A DNA stretch of 64,000 nucleotides from assembly GCA_951406725.2 (NCBI GenBank), contig OX597827.1, positions 3,162,001 through 3,226,000 on the forward strand. The letters run 5' to 3'. Positions 13,490 through 28,584 of the stretch are shown piece after piece; within the stretch, counting starts at the first letter, position 1; every line of letters starts with the position of its first letter. Both the position numbers and the translations under genes were made by a program. The notes beneath the pieces are model-generated. The model saw only the letters and a program-made list of their open reading frames with translations, was not told the origin of the DNA and did no database searches. Origin of the DNA: Octopus vulgaris (Eukaryota).

Positions 13490-14500
13490 GGATGTAAAAA
13501 GTCAGGTTGAGATGCTACCAAACTGGAAAGCACAAATTTCTGACTGAAAGAATTCAAGGGTATACAATGGAAGCTAACTTTTTACCTGGACGAATGCACT
13601 TTGGATGATGTGACACCAGACTGGATTGTTGAAGAATGGACAACCCTTATCTTGAAACAAGGTTTCTGTGGTCATAGATTACCATCTTATTACATGCTTT
13701 AATTTGATGAAAAAATTTCTAACAGGAATAATTGCTGAACACGTGTAGTTATATCTGGAAATGAATGACTTAGAGTTTGTCAAGCAGAAAGCTTCAGAAG
13801 AAAACTGTTACAGAACCCAAAAGTACCCTGCCTACTGATAAAATGGTTCTCCTGGATAGATTTCAAAAATTCTTATGATATTATACCATACACATGGATA
13901 CTGGAGTCTCTGAACATGTATAAGATCACTGAGAATGTTTAAAATTTCATGAGAAAATAGAGAACTACTATTTTCTCACACTCGAAAGCTTGACAGTGTT
14001 GATATCAAGCATGTCAAAGTGACATAAACATCTGCTTAATCCTCTGCTCTTTATGGATAATCTTAAACACTTTGCAAAATCAGAAAAAGAGATTAGTTCT
14101 TTGGTGTAAACTATTTATATAGTGAATTTGAACTTCTAGATGGTGATGGGCATCACAAAGATTTTGACAAGAACCATACAGAGGGGAAAATGGGAGAATT
14201 ACAGTGGGATGATATTATGTAATAGAATAAGAATGACAGAAATGGAGAAAGCAATATCTCTTGAAGGAGAGAGTGCAAAAGGACGAACTTTGAACAGTGT
14301 AAGGTTCTGATGACTAAACTTAATCCCAGAAACCAAGTGTGTGCACCATCATCACCTAGGAGGGTTCACTGCAGTGCAGGCTTACTTGAGTGGATGCTAG
14401 AGAAAATTGATGAAATGGACCGTTATACAAGGAAATTGATGTAGAAATTCAAATTTTCTCCAACTGAAGTCAAATGCAACTCCTGTACCTGGACTGAAAA
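13490..14500 (+). mobile_element. Decayed non-LTR retrotransposon RT, R4/Dong-like
   Basis: Recognisable broken motifs: PNWKA, ITCFNLMKKFLTGIIAE, WIDFKNSYDIIPYTWILESL, LLFMDNLKHFAKSEKE (YMDD box). Many stops. Confidence 0.7.
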
Positions 14501-14698
14501 CAGGATGACAAATGCATTCTCAACTGTTTGATGAGGATTTCATAAATGTTATAACATAAATATTCTATTTTATTTTCCTTTTTTTTTTTATTTCATTTCC
14601 CTTTGTTTCATTTCCTTGGAAAATTTAAAGAAAACATTCAGCACCCACACATGGATAAACTAATAAAGAATTTCATTGTTTCTTCTGACTAACCTTAA

Positions 14699-14775
14699 CA
14701 CACACACACACACACACGCACACATACACACACACACATACACACACACACACACACATACACACACACATACAC

Positions 14776-14851
<76 letters not shown>

Positions 14852-14892
14852 ACACACATACACACACACACACACACGCACACATACACACA

Positions 14893-14932
<40 letters not shown>
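14699..14932. repeat. (CA)n microsatellite, about 230 bp
   Basis: Directly visible. Confidence 0.97.
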
Positions 14933-14934
<2 letters not shown>

Positions 14935-15141
14935 CTTTCATTCTTTTAATTCAGTTCTATATTTAAGAGACGAAGAATTATTTACATTATTTACATTATT
15001 TACATTTGACAGATATTTGTCCTCATCTTGTTTGTGTTAACAACAAACAAGATGAGGACAAATATTCATCAAATGTAAATAATGTACATTCTTTTACTTG
15101 TTTCAGTCATTTGACTGTGGCCATACTGCAGCACCACCATA

Positions 15142-15202
<61 letters not shown>

Positions 15203-15203
<1 letters not shown>

Positions 15204-15482
15204 GAAGCGCCGCAGTTGCCCAGTGGTTAGGGCAGTGGACTCGCAGTTGTAGGATCGCAGTTTCGATTCCTAGACCAGGCGTTGTGAGTGTTTATTGAGC
15301 GAAAACACTTAAAGCTACACGAGGATCCGTCAGTGGTTGGAGCGATCCCTGCTCTACTCTTTCTTCTGTTGGCCTGCTTGCTTAGCCAGCAGGGTGGCAT
15401 CATTTGAAGGCTAAAACAATGTGAAGCGCATTGTGACCAGTGATGTGTAGCAACATCTGATAGCCTGGTCGATCACGGTGAT
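15203..15482 (+). mobile_element. tRNA-derived SINE, family D
   Basis: Head GCCCAGTGGTTAGGGCAGTGGACTCGC...GTTTCGATTCC is shared with 58180-58484. Confidence 0.8.
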
Positions 15483-17279
15483 ACATATATATATATATAT
15501 ATATCTATATATATATATAATATAATATATATTTAAAATTAAGGTTCAGTTGAATTAGATATTTATATATATATATGAACATTTTAAAAAGTTGTTCCTC
15601 ATTCAGTTGCCTTATGGGTAATATGAATAAATGTTATATATGTATATGATTATATTATTAGATTCCATAATTAAAGTATTACATATCTTTTATCTGTTTC
15701 AGTCACTGGAATGCAGTCATGCTGGGGCATTGCCTTGAAAAATTTTGTTCTTATCATTTTTCAAGTCAAGTAATTATTCCAGCATCGTCTTCTGCCAAAC
15801 TGCTAACTTAAAAGGACATAAACAGCCCAAACACAAAGCAGTGGTAGGGGACAAATACACAACACACAAACACACACACACAATGGGCTTTCATACAGAT
15901 TCCATCGACAGTTTCCCTCACAAGGCATTGATAGGCCTGGGACTGAGAATTTCTTCACTATACAGCCATGCCTGCATCAATAACATTATAAATTCTGTAA
16001 CACGCAATGCTTTATATTCCATCTAACACGGATATATGGTTCAAAATCTGATTGGTCGTTGCAAAATATGGACAAACAATTTTCTACAAAGGACTTCACA
16101 ATAGGCCATGCTCTTAGTTTTTCCACCTTGAGCATTGGCACAAACTTTCTTCTGGCATCAGCACAAGAATATCCAAGATATGTTTCTATAATGCTTATGC
16201 AACTGATACTTAAACAAATAAATATTTGAAGTTATTGAAAGAAATTTGTAGTTGCAAATGAATATTGGTTTGGGGCTGATTTTAGTAACTGAATCAAACA
16301 CATATTCCTCCTATATACACATCTAGATATATCAAAATAAATGACAATGATAATGTCACAAAAAAAAAATAACAACATATCTTTAAATGAAAATGAAATG
16401 AAAATGAATGAATAAAATTTTAATGAATAGCGCTTTAGTAATACTTACAAGACTAACTTTGAAAAAAATTTATCTTAAATCAAAACAATGTTGAATTTTG
16501 AAGCTGATTCAAGGATAGTAATATCTCAGGGTGCAGAAAAGAATAATGATTTGAAGTATGGGATACAAATGTATACATATTATGACAAGATTACAAATAT
16601 TAGAGAATCAAATTCAAACACCTAAGAAGCATTTAGATCAAAATACATTTCACAGAAACATTCTATTTGAGAAACCAGAAAATATTTCTGATTTTGTAAT
16701 ACTTTTTTTTTTTTTTGATTTTGGACAGTTATACATTCAAAATAAGATCTGTGTAACAATAATTACACACACACGCACACACACATACTCAAAATTTATA
16801 TAAGTATATTTATGTATGTATAATTATAAATATTTATATATTCATATATGTTTCTACATACATGAATATGCATATATTTATATACGCATGTATAAATACA
16901 AATATGTAGAAATTAATCTCTATATATATGTATATATGTATGCATGTGTGTGTGTGTATAGATGTATGTGCATATGAGAGAGTGTGTGAAAGAGAAAGAG
17001 ATTGAGAGAAGGAGAGAGGAGGGAGGAACACACACACACACACACACATGCAGAGCATTTACAATATTTATACAGCAATTTATATGCATGGACCCTATTT
17101 TTTCCCTATTATACATGCAGGGATACAGCATTGCAGTCCTGCAGCTAAGAGGAGTATTTTGAACTACATGCTTGACAACATGCATAAAGCAAAACACACC
17201 ACAACACACATCTTCATACAAGCTAGCAGAATGCACTCACACATAACTGTAAGCATGCATACACACTATCATAATGCGT

Positions 17280-17819
17280 GTGCGCATATATATATATATA
17301 TATATACACATACATATACACACACACATACACACACATATATATATATATATGTATGTATATATATAGATATATATATGTATATATATATATACATATA
17401 TATATATATGTTTATGCGCACACATTTATGTAGCCACATAATATATGTACATATATACAGAGAGATAGATAGACAGAGATATAGATATAATGTATATATC
17501 TATATATACATAAATACTGTATATGTATATATACATATATACATGTATATATACATACATACATATGTATGTATCTATGTGCATGTATGTATGTATATAT
17601 ATATAATGTATGTATATATAATGTACATATATATAATGTATGTATATATATATATATATATATATAATGTATATATGTGTGTGTGTGTATATATATATAT
17701 ACGTACATATGCGTATATACATATATGTGCGTATATATATATATATACAATGAATATATGTATAAATACATATATATAATGTGTGTGTGTGTGTATACAT
17801 AAATATATATAATGTATAT

Positions 17820-17856
<37 letters not shown>

Positions 17857-17874
17857 TTATGCAAAATGTGAGTG

Positions 17875-17908
<34 letters not shown>

Positions 17909-17940
17909 GTATATGCACATACATACAGACATATATTGAA
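17280..17940. repeat. Compound TA/CA/TG microsatellite
   Basis: Directly visible. Confidence 0.95.
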
Positions 17941-19050
17941 TTCATATTGCATTCATGTATATGTGTGTAAATATATATCTGTGTGTGTAAATATAATGCT
18001 CACATAAACAAACATATGCGCATATGTACAAGATATCTACACATACATTTTTGTACAAAGATGTGTGTGTGTATGTATATATTATACAGGTAGATAGATA
18101 GATTTAAATATAAAATCTCAAATCCCCCCAAAAAACATGAGTAGACCCATGTAGAATATATGTGTACTCACAGATAGTAACAGATACACACATACACACA
18201 CACTGCACTTTTACATTTTAATTTGCTCATACACACACTAATAATATATATATATATATACATGCACAAACACACACACTATTTCTCTCTTTCTCTCTCT
18301 CTCTAGTATATATATATATATATATTGTATATGTAGATTTATATATATATATATTATATGTATAGTTATATATTATATATGTACATATATAAGATATATA
18401 TTATGCATGTGTGTTTGTGACTGTGTTTATATATATATATATATATATATATATGACATGATATGAGCATATATCAACAAATATATGAACAATCAACTAG
18501 ACATAAACAGAAAGTAATGTTTACTAACACACACATGCATATGCACACAACACATGCGCACACACATACACACATGCAAGCATTTCTAGTGAAAACAATC
18601 CACCGCATCTCCCACTATGTGATATTGACTAGCACATGTACACAGCTATCTGCAGTGCATGTAGCACATTGAATTCTCTATATGCTATCTGTGGATTGGA
18701 TTTTGGCATGCATAAACATGCATATTTATTCAGACTCCAACCATTACTAGCAGGCAGCTGCACTTAAAAATGCAAGCATATATAAATAGGTTTCTCTCCA
18801 TGTTGTTGTGGGGTTCTCTATAGTATTTTCACTATTGTTTTCCTTCCTATTTTCCATAATTATTTCTCAAAAATCACACACACATACTTATCTATACACA
18901 CACATATACATACATACAAATATATATATTATATATACACATACATACATATACATATTTATACACACATACATACATGTATATATACATACATATATAT
19001 ATATATAGATATACATACATATACATATTTATACACACATACATGTATAT

Positions 19051-19099
<49 letters not shown>

Positions 19100-19539
19100 C
19101 ATATGTATATATACACACACACATAACAATATACATACATGCATATATATATATATACACACATACATACATATATATATTCATATACATGTTATATATA
19201 TACATATATATATATATGTGTGTATATACATTCATATATATATATAAATATACATATGGAAATACATATAAAGATATGCACACACTCATATACATACATA
19301 TATATATATATATCAATGCTCATATATACACAACTTAGCTCACATGCACACTCATATACATATATACACACTCATACACATAAATATGAATGCATATAAA
19401 TACTGATATCTAACATGTATTCTTAAGATCACATACTAATTCTTATTTATATATCCATCCATCCATACATACATACATATATACACACACACTTACATGC
19501 ATACATACATACACATATGTATGGAAAAAGAGATAGGAA

Positions 19540-19577
<38 letters not shown>

Positions 19578-19725
19578 TTGTGTGTGTATACGAGTGCATG
19601 TGTATGTTTTTGGAAGTTACAGCTATTCCATACACAAAATATTTGTTTATATGACAAATATTTACACATACTGCACATGCTCAAATATATAAACACACAT
19701 TCACACACACAATATATATATATAT

Positions 19726-19769
<44 letters not shown>

Positions 19770-21149
19770 CTTTGTATATATATATTTATATGTGAGAGTG
19801 TGTGTACGTGTATAAATATATAAAACAATGTATTTGTGTGTGTGGGGTCATGTTTGTATGTGTTTAGTATCAAGATATGTGTATGTGTATGTGTGGTGTA
19901 TGGTTTAGTTGAAGTAAGTTTCAATTTCACAACTTTCTATTTATGTGTGTGTTTATTAGTTTCTCTGTGTATGTTTTTGTATGCATAAACATTGCAATAT
20001 ATAAAAGTATGTGTGAGGGGGAGAGAAAGTGAACGTTTGGATTCGCAATGCTTAGAATGCATGTTGCGTGTATGCATGTTGTGTGTATGCATGTTGTTAG
20101 TACATGCCTTTGTTTATGTGCTTGTGAGTTTGTGCGTGAGCAGGTGTATGTGTGAGTGTCAGGAGTAATAAGAGAGAAGGAAACTAAGAAAGGATGTGTG
20201 TGCATGTGTATATTCATATTTGTGTGTGTATGTGTGTGGTTTATGTTGATTTTCAAATGTACACACTGCTATTATTGAAGCGAGTTGTTCAGTGCAGAAA
20301 TATAAACAGAAGCTCCAGTTGAAGAAGCATGATGCTGTGCTGTATCACAACAACAACAAGATTCAACTTCAGCTCCTCCTAACTACTGGTGTTGTTGAGA
20401 GAAGCAAGAAAAGGGGTAGCCATACTTGATTTACTGAATATTAGGGGTCTTGAATAATGAGTAAAGAATAAAGAATAACAGTGTGGTTCCAGCCTAAGTG
20501 ATTAAAACTGGGAATGTTTTATCAATATCATAACTGATAATACCTACAAACATACACATACATGTTAAATATATATCCATACAAACACACTGATATATAT
20601 ATATATATATAAATATAAATATATATACACACACACACAGATATATATATATGTGTGTATGTGTTTGTGCATTTGTGTGTGTGATAACAGAAAGGTACAA
20701 CATGAATAAAACAATGATAAGTATCAAAATTTTCTCCTATACAAGTAACAAATACTTTGCTCCTTCATGATGTTGTTATTATTGTGGGATCTGGTCTCGG
20801 CTCAAATACAAGAAAACGTAAAATACTTCATAATCAAAATAACCAACACTCACCTATGTTAGTAAATCCTTTTTTGTTTTCCAGTGTTTATGTTGTTGTT
20901 GTTGTAGTAATAGTAGTAGTAGTAGTTATTTTGCTGTTGTTGTTTTTTGAGTTGAAAATTGTTGTGTGTTAGTTAGTTAGTTAGTATCTTGGTTGGTGAG
21001 CTATTGTTGTTGTTGTTGCTGTTGTAGTAGTTGTATAGTGGTTGTTACTGCTGCTGTTTGTTGTGTGGTAGGCTGCCAGTTGTTGTTGTTGTTCCTGTTG
21101 TTATGATGTAGTTGGGTCTCTTGTTTGAGAATTAATATGTTGGAAAAGG

Positions 21150-21400
21150 TCTGCAGTCCTATAGAGCGGAGGAGAAAGCGTGTAGTATGTATGCAATGCC
21201 TGCTGCAGCCAATGACAGGCAGGTTCTTGGTTCCCATGGAAGGAAAAACGGAAACCCTGCCACTGACTCCTATAACATAGAAATAGATTAAACAGAAAGG
21301 GATGAGTCATATAGGAAGGAGAAAGAGAAGAATTCTAACATGCATGCGTGCGCGCACTTGCATGCAAACTCGCGCATGAAAACGCGCACATCGCTACAAT
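21150..21400 (-). promoter_or_regulatory. Candidate promoter: CCAAT box, X-box-like site and CpG cluster
   Basis: GCAGCCAATGAC (CCAAT at 21209-21213), GGTTCCCATGGAAG (21229-21242), GCGTGCGCGCA/CTCGCGCA/ACGCGCA (21346-21390). Lies in SINE-free DNA upstream of a consensus minus-strand donor AG|GTGAGT at 20854/20853. Confidence 0.4.
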
Positions 21401-22508
21401 CATACTACTACAAACATTTTTGCATAATATACACTATATATATATATAATATATACAAACAGAACCATAAGCATGCATTTTTAAAGTAAGGCATGCATGT
21501 ATGTAGAGAAAAGCGCGCACGCAGTTACAAATATATTACAACAAAAATTTTTGTGTAATATACACAAGGTATATAATATATACTAACAGAAGCATGTATT
21601 TTTAATGCATGGCATGAAAGTATATAGCAAAAAGTAAGTTTTGGAAAACAAATACAATTTGCCATATTTTACAATTCTGGACAATCAAATACGGTTTACG
21701 CAAAAACAAAACAAAATAGATCTTGTATTTATTTATTTTTCTTCAGTTTCTGTTTGGAAAGCGCACAAAAACATACACATTGATCATCATAATCACCGCA
21801 ACTATTTTCATCATCATCATTACTATAGCCATCACAGTCACCACCTCCACCACCTCAACTGCTTTTTCATCATCATCATCATCAAAATCATTAACACCCT
21901 AAATAATAACAACAACAGCCACCATCACCATCGTCATGATAATCATCACTTACATCATTAGCACCCTAAATAACCACAACTATAACAATAACAACAGCAG
22001 TCACCCTCACCACCACTAATGTGTACTATGCATTATACACAACGCACACAGCAGTACCAATAATAATAACAAGCATAAAAGTCATTGAGTAATCCAATAT
22101 TTATTTACAACTAGAAAAGGGGTTGACATGCTAGCAGCAGCAGCAGCAGCAGCAACAACGCTACAACTACTACTACTATTACTACTAGAGATATTGTATA
22201 TACATGTGCACATGTGAATGTGTATGCGTATGCGTAAGAGAGTGTGTGTGTATAGATAGATAGACACACACACACTCATGCATACATATATATTTGTACA
22301 TACACACACGCATACATACATTTATACTGACACACACACACATACATATGTATGTGTGCACTCACATAAAGATGCGCTCACACAAACATACACACATACA
22401 CATGCACACATGCATACATACATGTGTGTGTGTACTCTCACACACATGCACACACACACACATATACACACACACATACACATACACACACACATAAACA
22501 CACACACA

Positions 22509-22561
<53 letters not shown>

Positions 22562-22696
22562 GCAAGGCAAGATAAAACAAAAATACACGGAACAGGATGG
22601 AAAAGATAAAAACTAACAAAACAGAAAACATGACAGCAAAAAACTTTAAACAAAACAAAACAAAACCAAAAAATCAAACAAATAAATAGGGAAGTA

Positions 22697-22742
<46 letters not shown>

Positions 22743-23288
22743 CACAAATAAAAAAAAGGGTGAAAACAATAAAGAAAAACGACAAAAAATAACAGATTAT
22801 AAAAAGAACACAAACAAAAATTATACACGAAAAAGAAAAGACAAAAATAAAACAAAACACAAACAAGAAAAGCTCCATCAATTTTTCATGTTCATTACTT
22901 GGAAAATATAAAGTAGCATTGGACGAAAGATTGCATATAGAATTAGGGGCCAAAAACAGGTTCTAGCGGAGTACCAGGAATAGAGATTTATATTACGTGT
23001 AGGAGTAAACAGATCAATAGCACTGAACGGAAATTATTGATTATTTTTCAATACTATAGCATAGCGATCATTTACAACTTTAACAAATTTTTTCTTTTTC
23101 TTATTTTTATTCTTTTATTTTGGGGTTTTTTTTTTTTCGAAGGGGGTTTTTCGGTTTTTCTTCTTGCCGTTACCAGCCACCCTACCTTTGTAAAAATATT
23201 TCATTATTATCATCTTATCAATGAATATTTTTCTGCAGGCAACCCGTTGCCTGAAGCTGTTGTGTATATACATGTGCACATGTGAATT

Positions 23289-23338
<50 letters not shown>

Positions 23339-23380
23339 AAGAGAGAGTTACATGTATAAATACACACATATTTACACTGA

Positions 23381-23411
<31 letters not shown>

Positions 23412-23421
23412 GCATTTATAC

Positions 23422-23467
<46 letters not shown>

Positions 23468-23614
23468 GTATAAATGCATATATATATATATATATATACA
23501 TATATATATGCAGACAGGCACATAAACACACATATAATTATGTATAATCACACATTCACGTATTCAGATTCCTTCTTAGGATGTTTTCTAACAAGGAACA
23601 AGCTAACACACATT

Positions 23615-24000
23615 CTTGTACTTGTTCCAGTCATCTACTGCAGCCATGCTGGAGCACCACCTTTTAACCAAAGAAATCAACCCCAGGACTTATCCTTTGC
23701 AAGCCAGGTACTTATTCTATCGGTCTATCTGGCTGAGCTGCAAAGTCACCAGAACGTAAACACACTAACACCAGTTGTTAAGCGATGGTGGTGCGGACAA
23801 ACACAGAAACAAAGACACACATGAATACACACACACACACACTCACACACGATGAGCTTCTTTCAATTTCCATCCACCAAATCCACTTACAAAGCTTTGG
23901 TCAGCCCAAGGCTATAGAAGAAGACACTTGACCAAGGTGCCATGCAGCAGGACTGAACCCAGAACCATGTGGCTGAAAAGCAATCTTCTTACCACACATT
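23615..24000 (-). mobile_element. Family-B SINE
   Basis: Reverse-complement match to 31412-31815. Confidence 0.85.
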
Positions 24001-25247
24001 GTTTATAGTGTTTAGCCCAAGGGTGGTTTTTACTAATCAGACCTATAACTGAAGGCATCCCAGCTATGGCCATCCTACCTTTTAAATGGGGTCAAGGACT
24101 ATGTTATATAATGTGCCCATTCATTATATAAAATAATATGGTATGACTTTGGTGAAGGTTTGGTTGCTATTTCTAGCAGATCTAATGAATATGTGGAGCC
24201 CCTAAACATCATCTTGTTTCATGTGTGCTGTTTACGTTTGTGTGTGTGTGTGTGCATGTATGTGCATTGCTTGCACATGCATATATGTGTATAACCATGT
24301 GTCAGTCATATGCGTATGTACGCACACATATATAATCGTGTATGTGCTTGTTCAGATATGCTCATATGTATGTGAATGTATGTTTATATAATGCCTATGT
24401 ATATGTGTGAGTGTGTGTGTGTGTATGTGTGTGACATTAATATTCATTGATATCAGGATTACATAAAGCCAACAAGAAATGTTTCAGTTTTATCACACAT
24501 CACACCATCTACTGCATTTACCGCTATTTACTATACTCTGTTAAACTCTACACACTACATACCACACCCTACACACTATACATTTCAAATACTCTACACA
24601 GACTACTATAGTACACACTATACAATATACACAACACAGTTCATACTATACTTTCCATACAAAACACTGCATGATGCAAGATGGTACACCCTATACACGC
24701 AATGTTGCGCACTACACACAAAATGCTGCAGATCAGACACATGGATATGTTTGCAGGGAACAGCCTAGGATACTTACGCGTCACAGTATAAGTTTACAAC
24801 TTCATTCACACTCACACACAAGACCGTCAGCAGAGCTCTATATCTCTCACTTTCCTCAGGCTCTCTCACTCTATCTCTTTCTATCTCTCTTTCTCTCTAA
24901 TATAGATATAAACAACTAAATTAATCATCATTATTAAAAGTTTTGGATAAAATAATAAATGTTAAATATCAGCATCGTCATCGCTGTTGCGGTTTAACGC
25001 CTGTTCTCTAGCCTGGCATGGGTGGCTTGGCTTAGCAGGAGCTGATGACAAGCCAGAACACTATATCAAGCCCCTAATGTTTGCTTTGGCATCGCTTCTA
25101 GGGTTTTGATGCCTTTCTTAATGCCAACCACGTCAGAGTGTACTGAGTGCTTTTTACATGGCATTGGCACTAGTGAGGACACCAAGGTACTCTCAAGGAA
25201 AGACCTTTCAACTGAAGTGGGGGGGTAAACATGTACACACACACATG

Positions 25248-25370
<123 letters not shown>

Positions 25371-25598
25371 AGTCTAGTTCACTCAGCAGCAGAAATAAGT
25401 TATATCACTGGGCCCAAGCTATGTGTGTGTGTGTCAGTGTGTCTATGTATATATGTTGTTAAAACAGAGAGAGAGAGAGAGAACAAGAGAAAGAGAGCAA
25501 TTATGCATTCATGTGAATGTGTGTGTACTTGGCTTTGTGGGGGGCTTATATTTATGAGGGTGTTTTTTTTAATGTGTGTGTGTATATATACACACACA

Positions 25599-25815
25599 CA
25601 AAGGGGTGCTGAAAAGTCCTTGGCCTTAAGGGTATCATGGAAGGTCTGGTTGGGGGCCCAAACTTCCAAGTTCTTTTACAGGGCTTAGAAAAACTGAAGG
25701 ACCACTGCAATAAGTATGAGAATCTGGGAGAGAAAAATGCTGAATAAAATCCTAATTAACTGATCCTCCTGAATTTTCTTTTACCCAAAACCAGGAACTT
25801 TTCAGCAAACCTTCA
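25599..25815 (+). mobile_element. Mariner-derived MITE
   Basis: TIRs GGGGTGCTGAAAAGTCCTTGG and CCAGGAACTTTTCAGCA. Internal residue of the mariner C-terminus (GLEKLKDHCNK). Confidence 0.75.
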
Positions 25816-26662
25816 TATACATGGCAGAGACGTACATGTATGTCTGAGTGTCAATTGCATATGAAAAAGGAAAAGAGAGAGGACAGGAAGGTACAGAGAC
25901 ATTTGCATGTGTACACATGAACAGATATAAGCATACTGAGAAAAGCAACATGTATACAAACACATATGTAATATACACACAATTATATATACAATATATT
26001 ACTGGATGTATTGGTAAATGGGCATGTGGATGTGGCCATTTAAGTGGAAATAAGTGGAAATGCCACTTGCAAAAATGATATTTTCACACACAAACACACA
26101 CACAACATGTAAATGTATTGGTTAATTAATGTATATTGATTAATGTCAATATGAACAAATTTAATAGCAACAATTAGAAGTACACATTAACAAAAACACC
26201 CTCATAAATACAAGCCCCGCTACAAAGTAAGGTACACACACATTCACACGAAAACACAGTTTCTCTCTTTTTCTCTTCCTCTCTCTCTCTCTCTCTCTCT
26301 GTTAATAACACTCACACACATACACAATACAGCTGAGTGAACTAGAGCAACATAAAAGTAAAGAAAATGTCTTGTTCAAGAACACAACACACGTCCCAGT
26401 CCAGGAATTGAACTTGCAACCTCACAACTATAAGCCAGACTACCCACTGAGCCATATGCTTTCATATATACACACACATCCACTAATATGTATATATATA
26501 TTCCTAACGCGGAGTGGTTGGTGTTAGGAAGGACATCCGGCTGTAGAAACACTGCCAGATCAGACTGGAGCCTGGTGCAGCCCCTGGCTTCCCAGACCCT
26601 GGTCAAACCGTCCAACCCGTGCTAGTGCGGAAAACGGACATTAAACGATGATGATGATGATG

Positions 26663-26698
<36 letters not shown>

Positions 26699-27337
26699 TT
26701 GTATTGTATGTATGTATATTAGTGGATGTATATGTAAATGAGCATGTGGCTGTAACCATTTAAGTGGAAATGCCACACTTGCGCAAACATATTTTCACAT
26801 ACACACACACATGCATAAACATAACCAGCATATAGTTTCACACACACACACACATTCACACAAACACACATTCACACAAACACACGCTTTCTGTATTCCG
26901 CACTCTCTCCCTCTCTCTGATTTAACAAATTACACGCACACAAACTTTCCAACAAGTGTACATAATGAAGACACATTGATTACTTTAACTTCTTCATGGA
27001 CCCCATAGAAAGGTCAACGTAAAGGCAGAGTCCCAAATTCCAAGTCAATCTGATAAGCGCCAGGCACAAAACATTTGGCCCTTGTGTCAATTTGTAGCTG
27101 CTGCTGATTAAAAGTAAAAAAAAACAAAATGTTCCTGGAAATAGATTACCACACATCCATGGCTGTGCGGTGATAAGTTTGCCTCTCAATCACATGACTC
27201 CAGGTTCAGTCCCACTGTGTGGTACTTTCGGCAAATTTCTTCTGTTATAGCCCTGGGCTGACCACAGCCTTATGAGTGGATTTGATAGACAGAAACTGAC
27301 AGAAGCCCCTCATGTGTGTGTGTGTGTATATATATAT

Positions 27338-27560
27338 TCTTTTATTCTTTTACTTGTTTAGGTCAATTGTGGCCATGTTGGAGCACCACCTTTAGTCAAA
27401 CAAATCAACCCCAGGATTTATTCTTTGTAAGCCTAGTACTTATTCTATGGATCTAATTTGCCAAACTGCTAAGTTACAGGGACATAAACACACCAACATC
27501 AGTTGTTAAGCGATGGTGGTGAGGAGACAAATACAGACACACATATACACACACTTACAC

Positions 27561-27596
<36 letters not shown>

Positions 27597-27760
27597 GACA
27601 TGATTCTTTCGGTTTCTGTCTACCAAATCCACTCACAAGGCTTTGGTTGGCCTAAGGTTATAGTAGAAGACACTTGCCAAAGGTGCCATGCAGTGGGACT
27701 GAACCCGGAACCATGTGATTGGGAAGCAAGTTTCCTACCACACAGCCACTCTTGTGCCTA
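27338..27760 (-). mobile_element. Family-B SINE
   Basis: Reverse-complement match to 31412-31815. Confidence 0.85.
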
Positions 27761-28179
27761 CTAAAAGAACTGCTTTTGCTCACATGGGTATACAATACTA
27801 AGAGGCATCTAGTGTTGGTTTGTTTACATTCTCATAACTCAGTAGTTTGCCAAAACACACCACTAAGTACCAGGCTTTAAGTTAGTAAGTACTGGGGTCA
27901 ATTTATTTGACTAAAGTTTCATGGCAGTGCCCCAGCATGGTCACAGTCCACTAACTAGAAAAAGTAAAAAAAATATAAATACATAAATATGCATATATAT
28001 GTGTATGTGTGTAAATGTGAGCATATATATATATATGTAGAATCTCTGCCAGGTCAGACTAGCCTGGTGCAGCTCCTGGCTTCCCAGACCCCGGTCGAAC
28101 CGTCCAACCCATGCTAGCGCGGAAAACGGACGTTAAACGATGATGATGATGATATATATATAACTAAATACACACATAT

Positions 28180-28369
28180 TCTTTTACTTGTTTCAGTCAT
28201 TGAACTGTGGCTATGCTGGGGGCACTGCTTTGAACTGTTTACTCGAGCAGATCAACCCAGTACTTATTTTCTTCAAGTGCAGTACTTTTTTCTTTTGCCA
28301 AGGGATGTAAACAAACCAATATGGGATATCATGCAGTGACAGGGCAAAAACAAACACAAAGACACACAA

Positions 28370-28413
<44 letters not shown>

Positions 28414-28570
28414 GATAAGCTTCCATGCAATTTTCATCCACCCAATTCACTCACAAGGCATTCCCTGGCCTGGGCCTTATTGTTAAAGACACTTTCCCAA
28501 GGTACTGCACAGTGGGACTGAACCCAAAACTACATAGCTGCAAAGCAGGCTAATTAACCACACAGCTACA
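28180..28570 (-). mobile_element. Family-B SINE
   Basis: Reverse-complement match to 31412-31815. Confidence 0.8.
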
Positions 28571-28584
28571 TAATTATATGTCTA

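Noticed and set aside
17048-17945. Long ORFs (243, 177 and 168 aa) and the many YI/HT/CV/LS-repeat ORFs throughout the window
   Set aside because: They are translations of dinucleotide microsatellites that lack stop codons, with no domain content.
20283-20330. Resemblance to a miR-22 precursor (AGTTGTTCAGTGCAG...AAGCTCCAGTTGAAGAAGC)
   Set aside because: The seed lacks a G (AGCUCC versus AGCUGCC) and the stem is only about 14 imperfect bp, so it is probably chance.
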